64,000 nucleotides of DNA, taken from assembly GCA_036732565.1 (NCBI GenBank), contig DAINCF010000001.1, positions 1,787-65,786 of the forward strand. The letters are read 5' to 3'. Made by a program: the position numbers and the translations under genes. This document shows positions 43,012-52,122 of the stretch, one piece after another. How positions within the stretch are numbered: position 1 is the first letter of the stretch; each line of letters begins with the position of its first letter. The DNA is from Vicinamibacterales bacterium. Lineage in GTDB: Bacteria; Acidobacteriota; Vicinamibacteria; Vicinamibacterales; UBA2999. The notes beneath the pieces were generated by a model. It saw only the letters and a program-made list of their open reading frames with translations. It ran no database searches and had not been told where the DNA came from.

Positions 43012-44177
43012 AGGTGTCGCGCAACCGGGTTCGCCGCTCACCCCACTTGGTGTCCTATTGGGATGGTGGGCGGTTGACCCTGATGAATTTCTGCACTGGT
43101 GTCGCCGCTGAAGCGACGCCAGTAGCCATCGAAGTCTTGTCCTTTTTCGGCCGATGGCGGCCACGAGCCGAACTGCGACGCGCGATGCCGTCGGCTCCTC
43201 CTGATCTGCTTGAGCTCGTCGTCAATCGCTTGATCGAGTGTTCATTCTTGGAGGGGCAGGGCAGCAGGAGTCGTGCGGAACCCACCTTGAAGAAATGGAA
43301 ACATTGGAACCCCGCGGCAGGCTTCTTCCATTACGCGACTCGTGATGTGCCCTACGTTGATCCGGCCGCGAAGAAACCTTCGCTGGCTTCGACCCGTGTG
43401 CGGCGTCCGCCGCTGGTCAAGCGGCTCTCCGGGGTAGCGACCACCCACCTGCCCCGATCGTATGCACTGGACTCGTTTACCAACACCTTGTTGGGGCGCC
43501 GAACCTGGCGGGATTTTGGCGACGGTCCTCTCACCAAGGACGAGCTCGCAACGCTATTGAACCTCACCGGAGGCGTGCAACGCTGGGAGATGACACTGGA
43601 GGGCCGCGCCCCATTGAAAACATCTCCGTCGGGCGGGGCCACACATCCAGGCGAACTGTACGTGCTGGCTTTGAATGTGAAGGGGCTGAAACGCGGCATC
43701 TATCACTATCGGGCTGACAATCATACGTTGGAACTAGTGCGCTCGCGCGGAAGTCGCGCCGATGTAGAACGCTACCTGCCGACTCAGTGGTGGTACCGCC
43801 GGGCCGCGGCTCTCGTCTTCTTTACCGCAGTCTTCGCGAGGAGCATGTGGCGCTATCGGTCGGCTCGGGCGTATCGAGCCTTACTGATCGAGGCCGGGCA
43901 TCAATGCCAGACGTTCTGCCTCACGGCGACTTGGCTTGGCTTGGCCCCCTTTTGCTCGATGGCCCTGGCCGACTCCGCAATCGAAGATGATTTGGGAATC
44001 TCGAGCGACACGGAGTCGGTGTTGTATGCAGCGGGCGTTGGGCGGCGCCCCGCTGGAGTGGAATGGGCGCCCGCGCCTCGCGATGCGGACTGGCTCGATG
44101 GACCCTCGAAGGTGGATCACAGACCATTGGCCTCTAGCGGCAACGATTCCAAGCGAAGAGCCAAGGGCACACGGTAG
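43008..44177 (+). CDS. SagB/ThcOx-family dehydrogenase (nitroreductase fold) with a ~110-aa N-terminal extension
   Basis: RRTWRDFGDGPLTKDELATLLN, PSGGATHPGELYVLA, IYHYRADNHTLE and LIEAGHQCQTFCLTATWLGLA are SagB-type signatures. The N-terminus (HLVSYWDGGRLTLMNFCTG...EVLSFF...LVVNRLIECSFLE) looks like a PqqD/RRE domain. Confidence 0.8.
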   Translation: MKVSRNRVRRSPHLVSYWDGGRLTLMNFCTGVAAEATPVAIEVLSFFGRWRPRAELRRAMPSAPPDLLELVVNRLIECSFLEGQGSRSRAEPTLKKWKHWNPAAGFFHYATRDVPYVDPAAKKPSLASTRVRRPPLVKRLSGVATTHLPRSYALDSFTNTLLGRRTWRDFGDGPLTKDELATLLNLTGGVQRWEMTLEGRAPLKTSPSGGATHPGELYVLALNVKGLKRGIYHYRADNHTLELVRSRGSRADVERYLPTQWWYRRAAALVFFTAVFARSMWRYRSARAYRALLIEAGHQCQTFCLTATWLGLAPFCSMALADSAIEDDLGISSDTESVLYAAGVGRRPAGVEWAPAPRDADWLDGPSKVDHRPLASSGNDSKRRAKGTR

Positions 44178-44435
44178 GGCCGTCTTCAGCGATCACTTTC
44201 GGACTGGTGCACGTATGGATACTGACCCGAACGGCCGAATCCACCCGCCTTCGTCGCGAGCATGTGGATCAGCGGACGCTCTGGTAAACGGCGGTACCCC
44301 GTAGCCGAGGAATTCTGGGAAGCGCGAACGAGTCCTTGATGGCTCCCGGAACGAGCGGGATGAGACGCCGTGCGATCTTGCCTGCGGTGTCCGTCTAAGC
44401 TGGAAAGGTGTCAACCGATCACCGGGGGTAAGACG

Positions 44436-47354
44436 GTGCAACAATTTGCCCTGCCGTTCCACTTGTCGAACCGATTTCAACGTTCGAGCCTCTTTTCATC
44501 GTTGGCCGGCTCGCTGATCGTCGTTGCCGCGAGCACGTCGCTCGCCGTGGCGCAGCCCGCCGAGGTGACAACGATTCGAATCTTGAAGGAGGGGCTTTCG
44601 CAGAATGTGGTGTCGACGACCCCTTCGAGCAGTGGTAAGGAGGCGGTCGCTGATGAGAAGCTAGCCTTCTTGTCGGAATTTGATGCATACGTTGAGTTCG
44701 AGACCAGCTTCCTGGAACGGGACGCAGATCGCCTTGACGCAACTTTCCGCGCTTTGAAGGAGCACCAAATTCCGCCTGACGTCCTGCGGCCGACGCGATG
44801 CGGCTCTGGGCCGGGTGGCGTCTGCGTTCGCTTGGATCTCGTGACCGGCGTCGAGCGGGTGGTACCGGCGTCAGTACTCGCCGTGTTCGTGGACTCAGGG
44901 CTGATTCGTTTCAGGGCCTTTCGGCGAGACGGCTCGTTCATTCCATCCGGTACGGGCGCTGTGCGGTTGGCGCCTGCCGGCCACGAGATCCTGAGGGTGG
45001 ACGGTTCGGGCTTGACCGTCTTCCCGTGCACACCCGTCGACACATCTGCTGCATGCAGCGCGCTCACGCTCGTCCGCGTTCCGACCCGGGAGTTGACGCT
45101 ACAGGTGGCTGCTACCCGGGCGGGGGCGCTTCCTCCAACCGCACCGAGCTGGGTGCAACTCATCGAGCAATGCGACCAACCGGCCTGGGCGGGATGCCTC
45201 GTCATCACGCTGAGTCGCGCGCGCCAGGAGCTGCCGCGATCGCTCGTTGACGAGATAGTGGCGCGACCGCTGCGCGCGCGAGTGGTCGGTCTACCCGACG
45301 TCGGTCCAGAACTGAAACCACTGATACTTCCGCCACCACTCTTGCCTGGCATCGGGCCGCTTAGCAAACAACCGCCGGCCAGCACGCCCACGCAGAGACC
45401 GCAATCGCAGCAGGTCATGTACGCGACATTGTCAGGTGAAGGCGAGCTCGCGATCTCGTTCAGAAACTACCGCAGACCTGTGACGATACCTTCTGGTGCT
45501 GACCTTGAGATCCGGAATTTCAGTGATATCGATGTGACCGTCGAAGTGCGCACTCCTGCAGCGGTGGCATCGGGCGAAATACTTCGGCAGGGTAGCATTC
45601 GCATGGGACCTTGTAGTGACGCGAAGTTTCAATGCGTTACAGGTGTTGCGCTGCGCGATTCCACGTTGCGTATTCCGGCAGTGGCCCTCGCAGTACGTGC
45701 CGACACTGCGGCAACCTTGACGATCCGGGCACTGGTGGGCCTGACGACGACAAGCGATGGCTATTTGCTGCTCAGGAAAGATCCGAACCTGGTTGCTCAG
45801 CCTCCTCCGGTGGAAGGCCCGGTGAATTATCTGTCGCAACCGGCGGCGCTTCCAGAATCAACGGAGCCATCCGGCATGTGCCCTCCTGAGCGGAATGAGA
45901 AGGGAGAGCTGAAAAACCCGCCCACCTCCAGCCTGTCGCTGATAGGCGATTTCGTGCTGCAGCGACTTGCGGATTTCGACGACGACAACGACGGTGAGGA
46001 CGTCATAACTTCGACAGCACCCTACGACGGTGGGTACTACGCAGGAATTCAGGGAGATGCCAAGGTGGAGTTCAAGCGGCTCAACGGTCCGCTGGACGGT
46101 ACGCTCACCCTCTTGTTTCAGAAATCGTATTTCGGCGGCGTCGACAGTCGGCTGTTGCCCCACAGCTCACAAGCGACGCTGGGGCGGTCGCCGGTGATTC
46201 GTGTTGACGATGTGGTGAGCGTCGAAAACTACTTTTTCAAGGTCACGCCATCGCCTTACATGTTCCTGCAGGTCGGCCGGTTGACACTGCCGACCAAGCC
46301 CGACAACGTTGCGGGTCGCGAGGCCGCCGAGGGTTTTCAGATTGCATTCAATCCCCGGTGCGGCGGTTTCGCCACGATCACTCCTTCCTACGCAATCATG
46401 CGCGAGGGGCTGAACGGCTTCGTCGACGAGCACGATCGTGACGCCGATGTAGTGGCTCTCGATGTCGAACTCGACTGGAGTAAGTGGACACCCAAACCAA
46501 GATCCAAACCCGGGACCGCCGACTCCAAAGCCGCGGCTGGCAGCAAGAATCGTGCTCCAGCTGTTCGTTTCGCGCTCCGCTACGCCTGGGACCGTGGGCG
46601 CGACTTTGAGTCCTCCGAGCCACTCCTCGACTACAACGCGGAGTTGCACGACAGCTATGGCACGCTGAAGCGCTGGACCATCGGCACCGACTATGTGCAG
46701 GCCATATTGGGCGGGTATACGGTGAAGGGAGCGGCGTATCACAGTCGCCTCAGACGCATGGATGCCGCAGCGAATCGTCAGCAGGGGCACGGTACCGTCG
46801 TTCGGGGTGACCTGATAAGCCCCGATTGGGGTCCGGCGGGTCAGCTCGGTTTCACGTTCGCGCGTGGGGCCGGCGACGATCCTTCCACCCCTCTCATCGA
46901 TGAAGGATTTCTCGGCAACGATCAGCGCCGTTTCGCGGAGGGTGGTGACAAAGCTGATCGTCAGCCCGACTCGATCTTCTTCGGCCGCCTAGTGAACGTG
47001 GCACAGGTTCGGCAGGTCGACGGCAAGCTCAGGCCGGCGTTCGGCTTGGGCAACAAGACCTATGCAGCGCTGACGTGGAACTCGCATGTCCCGTCCCCTG
47101 ACGGTAATCCGTTGCGGAACCTGCTGCTAAGGGTCAAGTACCGCAGCATATGGCAGCGCGATCTCGGCGATGCCACTGGCTTCGCGGGATCCGAAGTCGC
47201 GCTACGGGTGATGGGCGTCGGCACCTGGACACCCTATGCGGGGCTCACCTACTACCGGCCTGGCATGGCGATGAGGCACTTGATTGCCAGGACCCAGATC
47301 GTCCAGTTCGCGCTCGGTGCGACCGTACAGGTCCCCCTGTTCGATCTCAGATGA
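44436..47354 (+). CDS. ~970-aa secreted protein of unknown function; the C-terminal third is beta-barrel-like
   Basis: ORF 44370-47354; GTG 44436 preferred (G-rich SD). Signal peptide SLFSSLAGSLIVVAASTSLAVAQP. No domain recognised. Amphipathic beta-strand pattern towards the C-terminus. Confidence 0.75.
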   Translation: MQQFALPFHLSNRFQRSSLFSSLAGSLIVVAASTSLAVAQPAEVTTIRILKEGLSQNVVSTTPSSSGKEAVADEKLAFLSEFDAYVEFETSFLERDADRLDATFRALKEHQIPPDVLRPTRCGSGPGGVCVRLDLVTGVERVVPASVLAVFVDSGLIRFRAFRRDGSFIPSGTGAVRLAPAGHEILRVDGSGLTVFPCTPVDTSAACSALTLVRVPTRELTLQVAATRAGALPPTAPSWVQLIEQCDQPAWAGCLVITLSRARQELPRSLVDEIVARPLRARVVGLPDVGPELKPLILPPPLLPGIGPLSKQPPASTPTQRPQSQQVMYATLSGEGELAISFRNYRRPVTIPSGADLEIRNFSDIDVTVEVRTPAAVASGEILRQGSIRMGPCSDAKFQCVTGVALRDSTLRIPAVALAVRADTAATLTIRALVGLTTTSDGYLLLRKDPNLVAQPPPVEGPVNYLSQPAALPESTEPSGMCPPERNEKGELKNPPTSSLSLIGDFVLQRLADFDDDNDGEDVITSTAPYDGGYYAGIQGDAKVEFKRLNGPLDGTLTLLFQKSYFGGVDSRLLPHSSQATLGRSPVIRVDDVVSVENYFFKVTPSPYMFLQVGRLTLPTKPDNVAGREAAEGFQIAFNPRCGGFATITPSYAIMREGLNGFVDEHDRDADVVALDVELDWSKWTPKPRSKPGTADSKAAAGSKNRAPAVRFALRYAWDRGRDFESSEPLLDYNAELHDSYGTLKRWTIGTDYVQAILGGYTVKGAAYHSRLRRMDAAANRQQGHGTVVRGDLISPDWGPAGQLGFTFARGAGDDPSTPLIDEGFLGNDQRRFAEGGDKADRQPDSIFFGRLVNVAQVRQVDGKLRPAFGLGNKTYAALTWNSHVPSPDGNPLRNLLLRVKYRSIWQRDLGDATGFAGSEVALRVMGVGTWTPYAGLTYYRPGMAMRHLIARTQIVQFALGATVQVPLFDLR

Positions 47355-47504
47355 CTTTGTGCGACATTGCGAAGATGAAGTCCCGTTTGTTCGGTTTCCA
47401 AGCTCGAGTCGACGCTTCAGCCGTCGAGATATCACCAAGGCCCGAGGATCGCAAGATAGACGGGTTGGATAACCACTCGATGTCGCGAATCACAACGCAC
47501 CGTC

Positions 47505-48005
47505 GTGGCATCCAAGGTGGATATGACACCAGATCAGTCGATCGTGGCTTCCTCCGTCAACGCCTGGAAGCAGCAACTGGAGAGAGCCGAGAAGTTGTTT
47601 TCAGGGCTCGACGACGCCCAGCTCTTGACCGAGGTCGCGCCAGGCAGGAATCGCCTCGTGTATCTGTGGGGGCATCTGATTGCCGTCCACGACGCGATGC
47701 TGCCGCTGCTCGGGCTGGGCCCGCGGCTCCATCCCGAACTGGACGAGGTCTTCCTGACGTCGCCCGATCGCACGACCGCCGAACTGCCCTCGGCAGTGGA
47801 GCTGAAACGGCTTTGGCAAGATGTGAACGGGCGGCTGCTTGCCGGCTTCGATGGCTTCACCGCCGCCGACTGGGCGCAGAAGCACAGCGCGGTCTCGACT
47901 GACGACTTCGCGGCGAATCCCCTGCGGAACCGCCTGGCGATTCTGCTCAGCCGCACGTCTCACGTCGCGTATCACCTCGGCCAGGCGCAACTCGCACCCA
48001 AGTGA
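47505..48005 (+). CDS. DinB-superfamily protein
   Basis: WGHLIAVHDAMLPLL and LLSRTSHVAYHLGQ, a His-containing four-helix pattern. Alternative start at 47523. Confidence 0.7.
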   Translation: MASKVDMTPDQSIVASSVNAWKQQLERAEKLFSGLDDAQLLTEVAPGRNRLVYLWGHLIAVHDAMLPLLGLGPRLHPELDEVFLTSPDRTTAELPSAVELKRLWQDVNGRLLAGFDGFTAADWAQKHSAVSTDDFAANPLRNRLAILLSRTSHVAYHLGQAQLAPK

Positions 48006-48011
48006 CTCGGC

Positions 48012-49445
48012 TCAACGTCCTTTGAGGGCGTTCCGCAGGCTGTCGGCCAGCGATCCAAGCGACGTCGATGGCTCGGCATCTCGTCTCGCGGCGTAGTCGC
48101 GCAGCTCGGTCTGCTCGCGCTGCTCGGCGACGGCCTTCTTGCTCACACGAATGCGGCGTCCCGAGGGGTCGACCTCGAGCACCGCGACCTCCACCTCGCT
48201 GCCGACGGGGAACGCCTTTCGCACGTCCATCGTCCGCTCCAGGCCCGTTTCCGCGAGGGGCATCAATCCGCTGCGCCCAGGCGCCAGGAATACGAACACG
48301 CCGAACGGCTCGTGACGTTCGACCTTGCCGGTGACGATCGCGCCAGGTACAATCGCGCCTCGGGGGAACTGCGCGCTCGCGGCTCGTGAGGATGCCTCGT
48401 CGACGAGCGCGACGCCGATGCGCTTCTGCGCGACGTCGATGCTCAGGATCTCGAACGCGCCGGTCATGCCGACGGTGACAGATGCGGCCCAAGCGCCAGG
48501 GCGACCCGTCGGGGCAAACGTCGAGGCGTGCGCCAACCCTTCGATACCCGGCTCCAACTCCACGAACGCGCCGAAATCGGCGACGCGCGTGACCCGGCCC
48601 GCCCGCACGTGTCCCACCGCATAATTCGTGGCCACCATCGTCCACGGATCGTCGAGCAGCTGCTTCAATCCGAGCGAGATCTTCTGCGTCGCCTCGTCGA
48701 CGCGCAGCACCTTCACGGTGATCGCGTCACCGGGCGCCACGACGTCCTGAGGGTTGGCGACGCGCGCCCAGCTCATCTCCGACACGTGAAGCAGTCCCTG
48801 AATGCCACCGCCGAGATCCACGAACGCGCCGAACTCCAGGACAGACGCGACACGCCCGGTGAGCACCGCGCCGACCACGATCGACGTGCGCACGTTCGCC
48901 GCCGCGGCCAGTTGCTCCTCCTCGAGATGCTTGCGCCGCGAGACGACGATGTCCTTGCCGCCGTTCTTGTACTCGATGATGCGGAACGCGTACGCCTGCC
49001 CCTCGTGTACCGCCGGATCCACGGTTCGGACGACGTCGATCTGCGACAGGGGGCAGAAGGCGCGCTCGCGGCCGATGCGCACCTCGTAGCCACCTTTCAC
49101 GGCCTGCACCACCTTGCCTTCCACGGCAAGCCCGTTTCGGAACGCGTCCTCCAGCTCCCGCTGCGTGGCGGCGTTGCGCACGCCCTTGCGGGAGAGCACG
49201 ATGCCACCACTGGTGGAGACGACCCTCGCCTGAAGGCGATCGCCGATTGCGACTTCGACGTCGCCGTCGGCGTCTTTCAACTCCTCGATGTCGATCTGGG
49301 CCTCGCCTTTTCCACCCACGTCGACGAACGCGACCTCAGGGCCGATTGCGACGATCGTGCCCTCGATGGTCTCGCCTCGCTCGAACCGCCGCGCCTTGAG
49401 AGACGCTTCGAACATCGCGGCGAAATCTTCCTCTTGCTCGCTCAC
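48012..49445 (-). CDS. S1 RNA-binding-domain protein (ribosomal protein S1 paralog, about 5 S1 domains)
   Basis: EDFAAMFEASL...GETIEGTIVAI..AFVDVGGK and repeated G.V..V..FGAFV.L motifs. The second GTG (49445) is 5 nt after AGGAG; the ORF track starts at 49451. Confidence 0.85.
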   Translation of the reverse strand: MSEQEEDFAAMFEASLKARRFERGETIEGTIVAIGPEVAFVDVGGKGEAQIDIEELKDADGDVEVAIGDRLQARVVSTSGGIVLSRKGVRNAATQRELEDAFRNGLAVEGKVVQAVKGGYEVRIGRERAFCPLSQIDVVRTVDPAVHEGQAYAFRIIEYKNGGKDIVVSRRKHLEEEQLAAAANVRTSIVVGAVLTGRVASVLEFGAFVDLGGGIQGLLHVSEMSWARVANPQDVVAPGDAITVKVLRVDEATQKISLGLKQLLDDPWTMVATNYAVGHVRAGRVTRVADFGAFVELEPGIEGLAHASTFAPTGRPGAWAASVTVGMTGAFEILSIDVAQKRIGVALVDEASSRAASAQFPRGAIVPGAIVTGKVERHEPFGVFVFLAPGRSGLMPLAETGLERTMDVRKAFPVGSEVEVAVLEVDPSGRRIRVSKKAVAEQREQTELRDYAARRDAEPSTSLGSLADSLRNALKGR

Positions 49446-49451
49446 TCGCAC

Positions 49452-49536
49452 TCCTAATGGAGCGTATCGACAGGATGACTACCGCCTGCCGAGCGCTCGG
49501 GGACCAGTTTCCGGGCCGTTCCTACGGAACGGCCCG
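49452..49536 (-). repeat. ~85-nt conserved element, copy B, forming the 5' leader of the S1-domain gene and lying just downstream of ybaK-like
   Basis: The reverse complement reads GGGCCGTTCCGTAGGAACGGCCCGG...TCCCCGAGCGCTCGGC...GTAGTCATCCTGTCGATACGCTCCATTAGGAG. See copy A at 19154-19238. Confidence 0.7.
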
Positions 49537-49583
49537 ATTGTGATTTCAACGGTTTTGTCCCACCAGGAACAGCCAGCTCGTGA

Positions 49584-50063
49584 TTATACGGGTGGCGCTT
49601 CCAGGTCTTGCGTGACGTCCACCCATTCGGCACGAACCAACGCGGCCATCCGCACGGGATCGATCCGCACGGCGGCACGCGACGCCCCGGCGGCAGGGAA
49701 GACCTCAGAGAACGCGCGCAGCGACACGTCGCAATAGACCTGCACCCCGTCCGGCACCCCGAACGGGCACACTCCACCGATCGGATGGCCCGTTGCCGCT
49801 TCCACTTCCGATGTCTCCAGGAACCGGGCCTTGGTCCGAAACGTGTCCTTGTACTTCCGGTTGTCGAGACGCGCGTCCCCGCGGGTGACGATGAGGATGA
49901 CGCTCCTGTCCACGCGCAGCGAGAGCGTCTTCGCGATCTGTGCCGGTGCGACTCCAAGGGCCTCGGCTGCGAGAGCCACGGTCGCGGTGCTGGCGTCGAG
50001 TTGGATGACCTCCACGTCAGGCGCCGTGTCGGCCAGGAACTTCCTCACCGCGTCAACACCCAT
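49584..50063 (-). CDS. YbaK/EbsC-family aminoacyl-tRNA editing domain protein
   Basis: 159 aa. IAKTLSLRVD..., HPIGGVCPFG and FPAAGAS patterns. Confidence 0.8.
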   Translation of the reverse strand: MGVDAVRKFLADTAPDVEVIQLDASTATVALAAEALGVAPAQIAKTLSLRVDRSVILIVTRGDARLDNRKYKDTFRTKARFLETSEVEAATGHPIGGVCPFGVPDGVQVYCDVSLRAFSEVFPAAGASRAAVRIDPVRMAALVRAEWVDVTQDLEAPPV

Positions 50064-50079
50064 CGACCCTCCTCGGACA

Positions 50080-50664
50080 TCAGTCGAAGATACCGTCCTT
50101 GGGTAGATTCCAACCTTCGCCCATCGATGACGGCACGTTCAGCACCTGTGAATCGCCCCCCGGCGCCCACCAGACATACAAGAGCTCCAGCGTCGTGTCG
50201 CCGGTGTTGCGCATCCTATGGTGCACGTTCGGTGATGTGTGGATCGCGGTCCCAGGCGTCGCGCCGAAGGTTTCGGCGCCAACAGTCCACTCGGCGATGC
50301 CGCGGAGGACGTAATAGAGCTCGGGAGCCGGGTGGAAGTGGAATGGGTAGACGCTGCCGCGGTCCAAGTGGAGGACGCCCATGCGGATCTCGGCATTCGC
50401 GATGCCCTTCCACGCGGCAGCCTGTGCATCCTGCCAGTTCGAGATCCACCCGACGAGCTCTCTGTAGCGGTACGTCTTGCGGAACCACTCGGGGTAGCGG
50501 CTCGTGGTCATCCAAGGCAGGTCTTCCATGGATACATGAATCCGCGCTGGAGGCGCTTTGGTCGCGTCGGCCCTACTGTCCTGATCGCTGGTGCTTCCCG
50601 TGACCATCGGGCCTACGAACGCTCCCATCGCAATGCCAAGAAGCAAAGCTGCTTTCCAGTGCAT
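50080..50664 (-). CDS. Secreted cupin-domain protein
   Basis: Signal peptide MHWKAALLLGIAMGAF. Cupin motifs YPFHFHPAPELYYVLRG and HTSPNVHHRMRNTG. Confidence 0.8.
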   Translation of the reverse strand: MHWKAALLLGIAMGAFVGPMVTGSTSDQDSRADATKAPPARIHVSMEDLPWMTTSRYPEWFRKTYRYRELVGWISNWQDAQAAAWKGIANAEIRMGVLHLDRGSVYPFHFHPAPELYYVLRGIAEWTVGAETFGATPGTAIHTSPNVHHRMRNTGDTTLELLYVWWAPGGDSQVLNVPSSMGEGWNLPKDGIFD

Positions 50665-50777
50665 GATCCAATCCTGCAGAGCGGCGAAGACTCATTGAGG
50701 TCGTCTTGCTTGACGGACCTACTGCGTCCGATGCCGCCCTCCTGGGCCTGGATACATCGTGCGGCGCGGGACGCAGG

Positions 50778-51203
50778 CTAGAGAGACACGGGGCCGCTCC
50801 AGCGCGTCCGTACGAGCATGTAGATGATCCATCCCATCGGGCCGAACATCAGTGTCAAGAACAGGCACGGGACCAGCAGCCACCGCGGCACGCCGCGCTC
50901 GACGCTGTCGCGTGCTTCCCACGTGCCGATCAGCAGATCGAACGCGAGATAGTGCAGCCAGCCGGCGAGCAACAGCCACGGATTCGCGAAGAGCACCGCG
51001 ACACCGGCGAGCGTGGAGAAGCTCCCCTCCGCTCGCGGAAACACCGCAATCACAATCGCGATGTAGGCCACGGCGAAGAGCGCCGGGACGGCTTTCCCAG
51101 CCATTACATCGGTCACCCAGCGACGGTGCGGGAGTAACGCAAGAAGAATCCAGCCGAGCACGGAAAGCAGGTTCGCGATCGAGAAGATCTGTTCGACGGT
51201 CAT
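50778..51203 (-). CDS. ABA4-like (DUF4281) membrane protein
   Basis: 141 aa with 4 TM segments. WLHYLAFDLLIGTWEARD is typical of the family. Confidence 0.7.
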   Translation of the reverse strand: MTVEQIFSIANLLSVLGWILLALLPHRRWVTDVMAGKAVPALFAVAYIAIVIAVFPRAEGSFSTLAGVAVLFANPWLLLAGWLHYLAFDLLIGTWEARDSVERGVPRWLLVPCLFLTLMFGPMGWIIYMLVRTRWSGPVSL

Positions 51204-51213
51204 GATGCGCCCT

Positions 51214-52041
51214 TCAGATGGCTAACAGCGGAACACCGCGGAGTGCCTGTATCAGCAGCATCACGTACAACGCCGCATAGCTTGCGGCCGCGATCAGCAC
51301 CAGAGGCACGCGCGCCTCCTGGCGGATCCGCAAGCCTGCGAGGAGGAGCGCGACCAGCGACAGCGCCTGGATCGCGTGCAACCCGAAGAAGTGCGGCACG
51401 CGGAGGTCGCCATGGGTCGTGCTCCATCCGGTGCCGATCAGGCCGGGACCGCCGTCGGGCGCGCCAACCGTATGGGCGCCGGTGATGGGCAAGCCTTCGC
51501 CGGCGCGCGCGGCTGCCAATTGCGCCGCTGTCGGGACCGTCATCACTCCACCGGTCAGCGCGCCAACGATCGTGAGACACATGCCGAAGCGCAGTGCCCA
51601 GCCGAGCGACCTGTCTTCGAAACGTTGCCGCCACAGCGCGACGGCGACCGCAATGGTCACCATCGTCTGGGCGACAATCGCCCCTCCCATGATCCTGAAC
51701 AGCGTGGTGTCGATGACCGTCGTGTTGTTGAAATGGCTCGTCGTCCCTCGCCATGCCTGGCCGCCGATGATGGCGATCTCGAGCAGCATGGTCAGCGCCG
51801 TGAACCAGCCGACGAACCGTCGCGTGCGCGTCCACTCGGGTATGAACGTGAACATCCACGCCAGGGTGACGGTGTAGATAGTGATGGAGACGGCGAACTT
51901 GGCCGGCTTGAGCCAGGCGGGCGCGCCGGTGATGACGGTCGGATCCAGCACCAGCCCAACGATGGCGCCGGCCAAGACGACCACCATCAGCGCGGCGGTC
52001 GCCATGAGCTCCGGGCTGGTTCGCCACAATCGTTGCACCAT
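51214..52041 (-). CDS. Polytopic membrane protein, function unknown
   Basis: ORF extends to 52101. Start MVQRLWRT at 52041 has GAGGAG 7 nt upstream. About 7 TM segments. Confidence 0.65.
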   Translation of the reverse strand: MVQRLWRTSPELMATAALMVVVLAGAIVGLVLDPTVITGAPAWLKPAKFAVSITIYTVTLAWMFTFIPEWTRTRRFVGWFTALTMLLEIAIIGGQAWRGTTSHFNNTTVIDTTLFRIMGGAIVAQTMVTIAVAVALWRQRFEDRSLGWALRFGMCLTIVGALTGGVMTVPTAAQLAAARAGEGLPITGAHTVGAPDGGPGLIGTGWSTTHGDLRVPHFFGLHAIQALSLVALLLAGLRIRQEARVPLVLIAAASYAALYVMLLIQALRGVPLLAI

Positions 52042-52071
52042 GGCTACACTCCTCATCGGCATGTAATCATT

Positions 52072-52100
52072 GTCAACATAGAATGTTGACTCTGTCAACA
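52072..52100. promoter_or_regulatory. TetR operator candidate: three alternating half-sites GTCAACA-N5-TGTTGAC-N3-GTCAACA
   Basis: Read directly at 52072-78, 52084-90 and 52094-100. Lies in the 81-nt divergent region between the membrane gene (52041) and tetR (52123). Confidence 0.6.
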
Positions 52101-52122
52101 TGTAAGGTTACGATCCTCGCGT

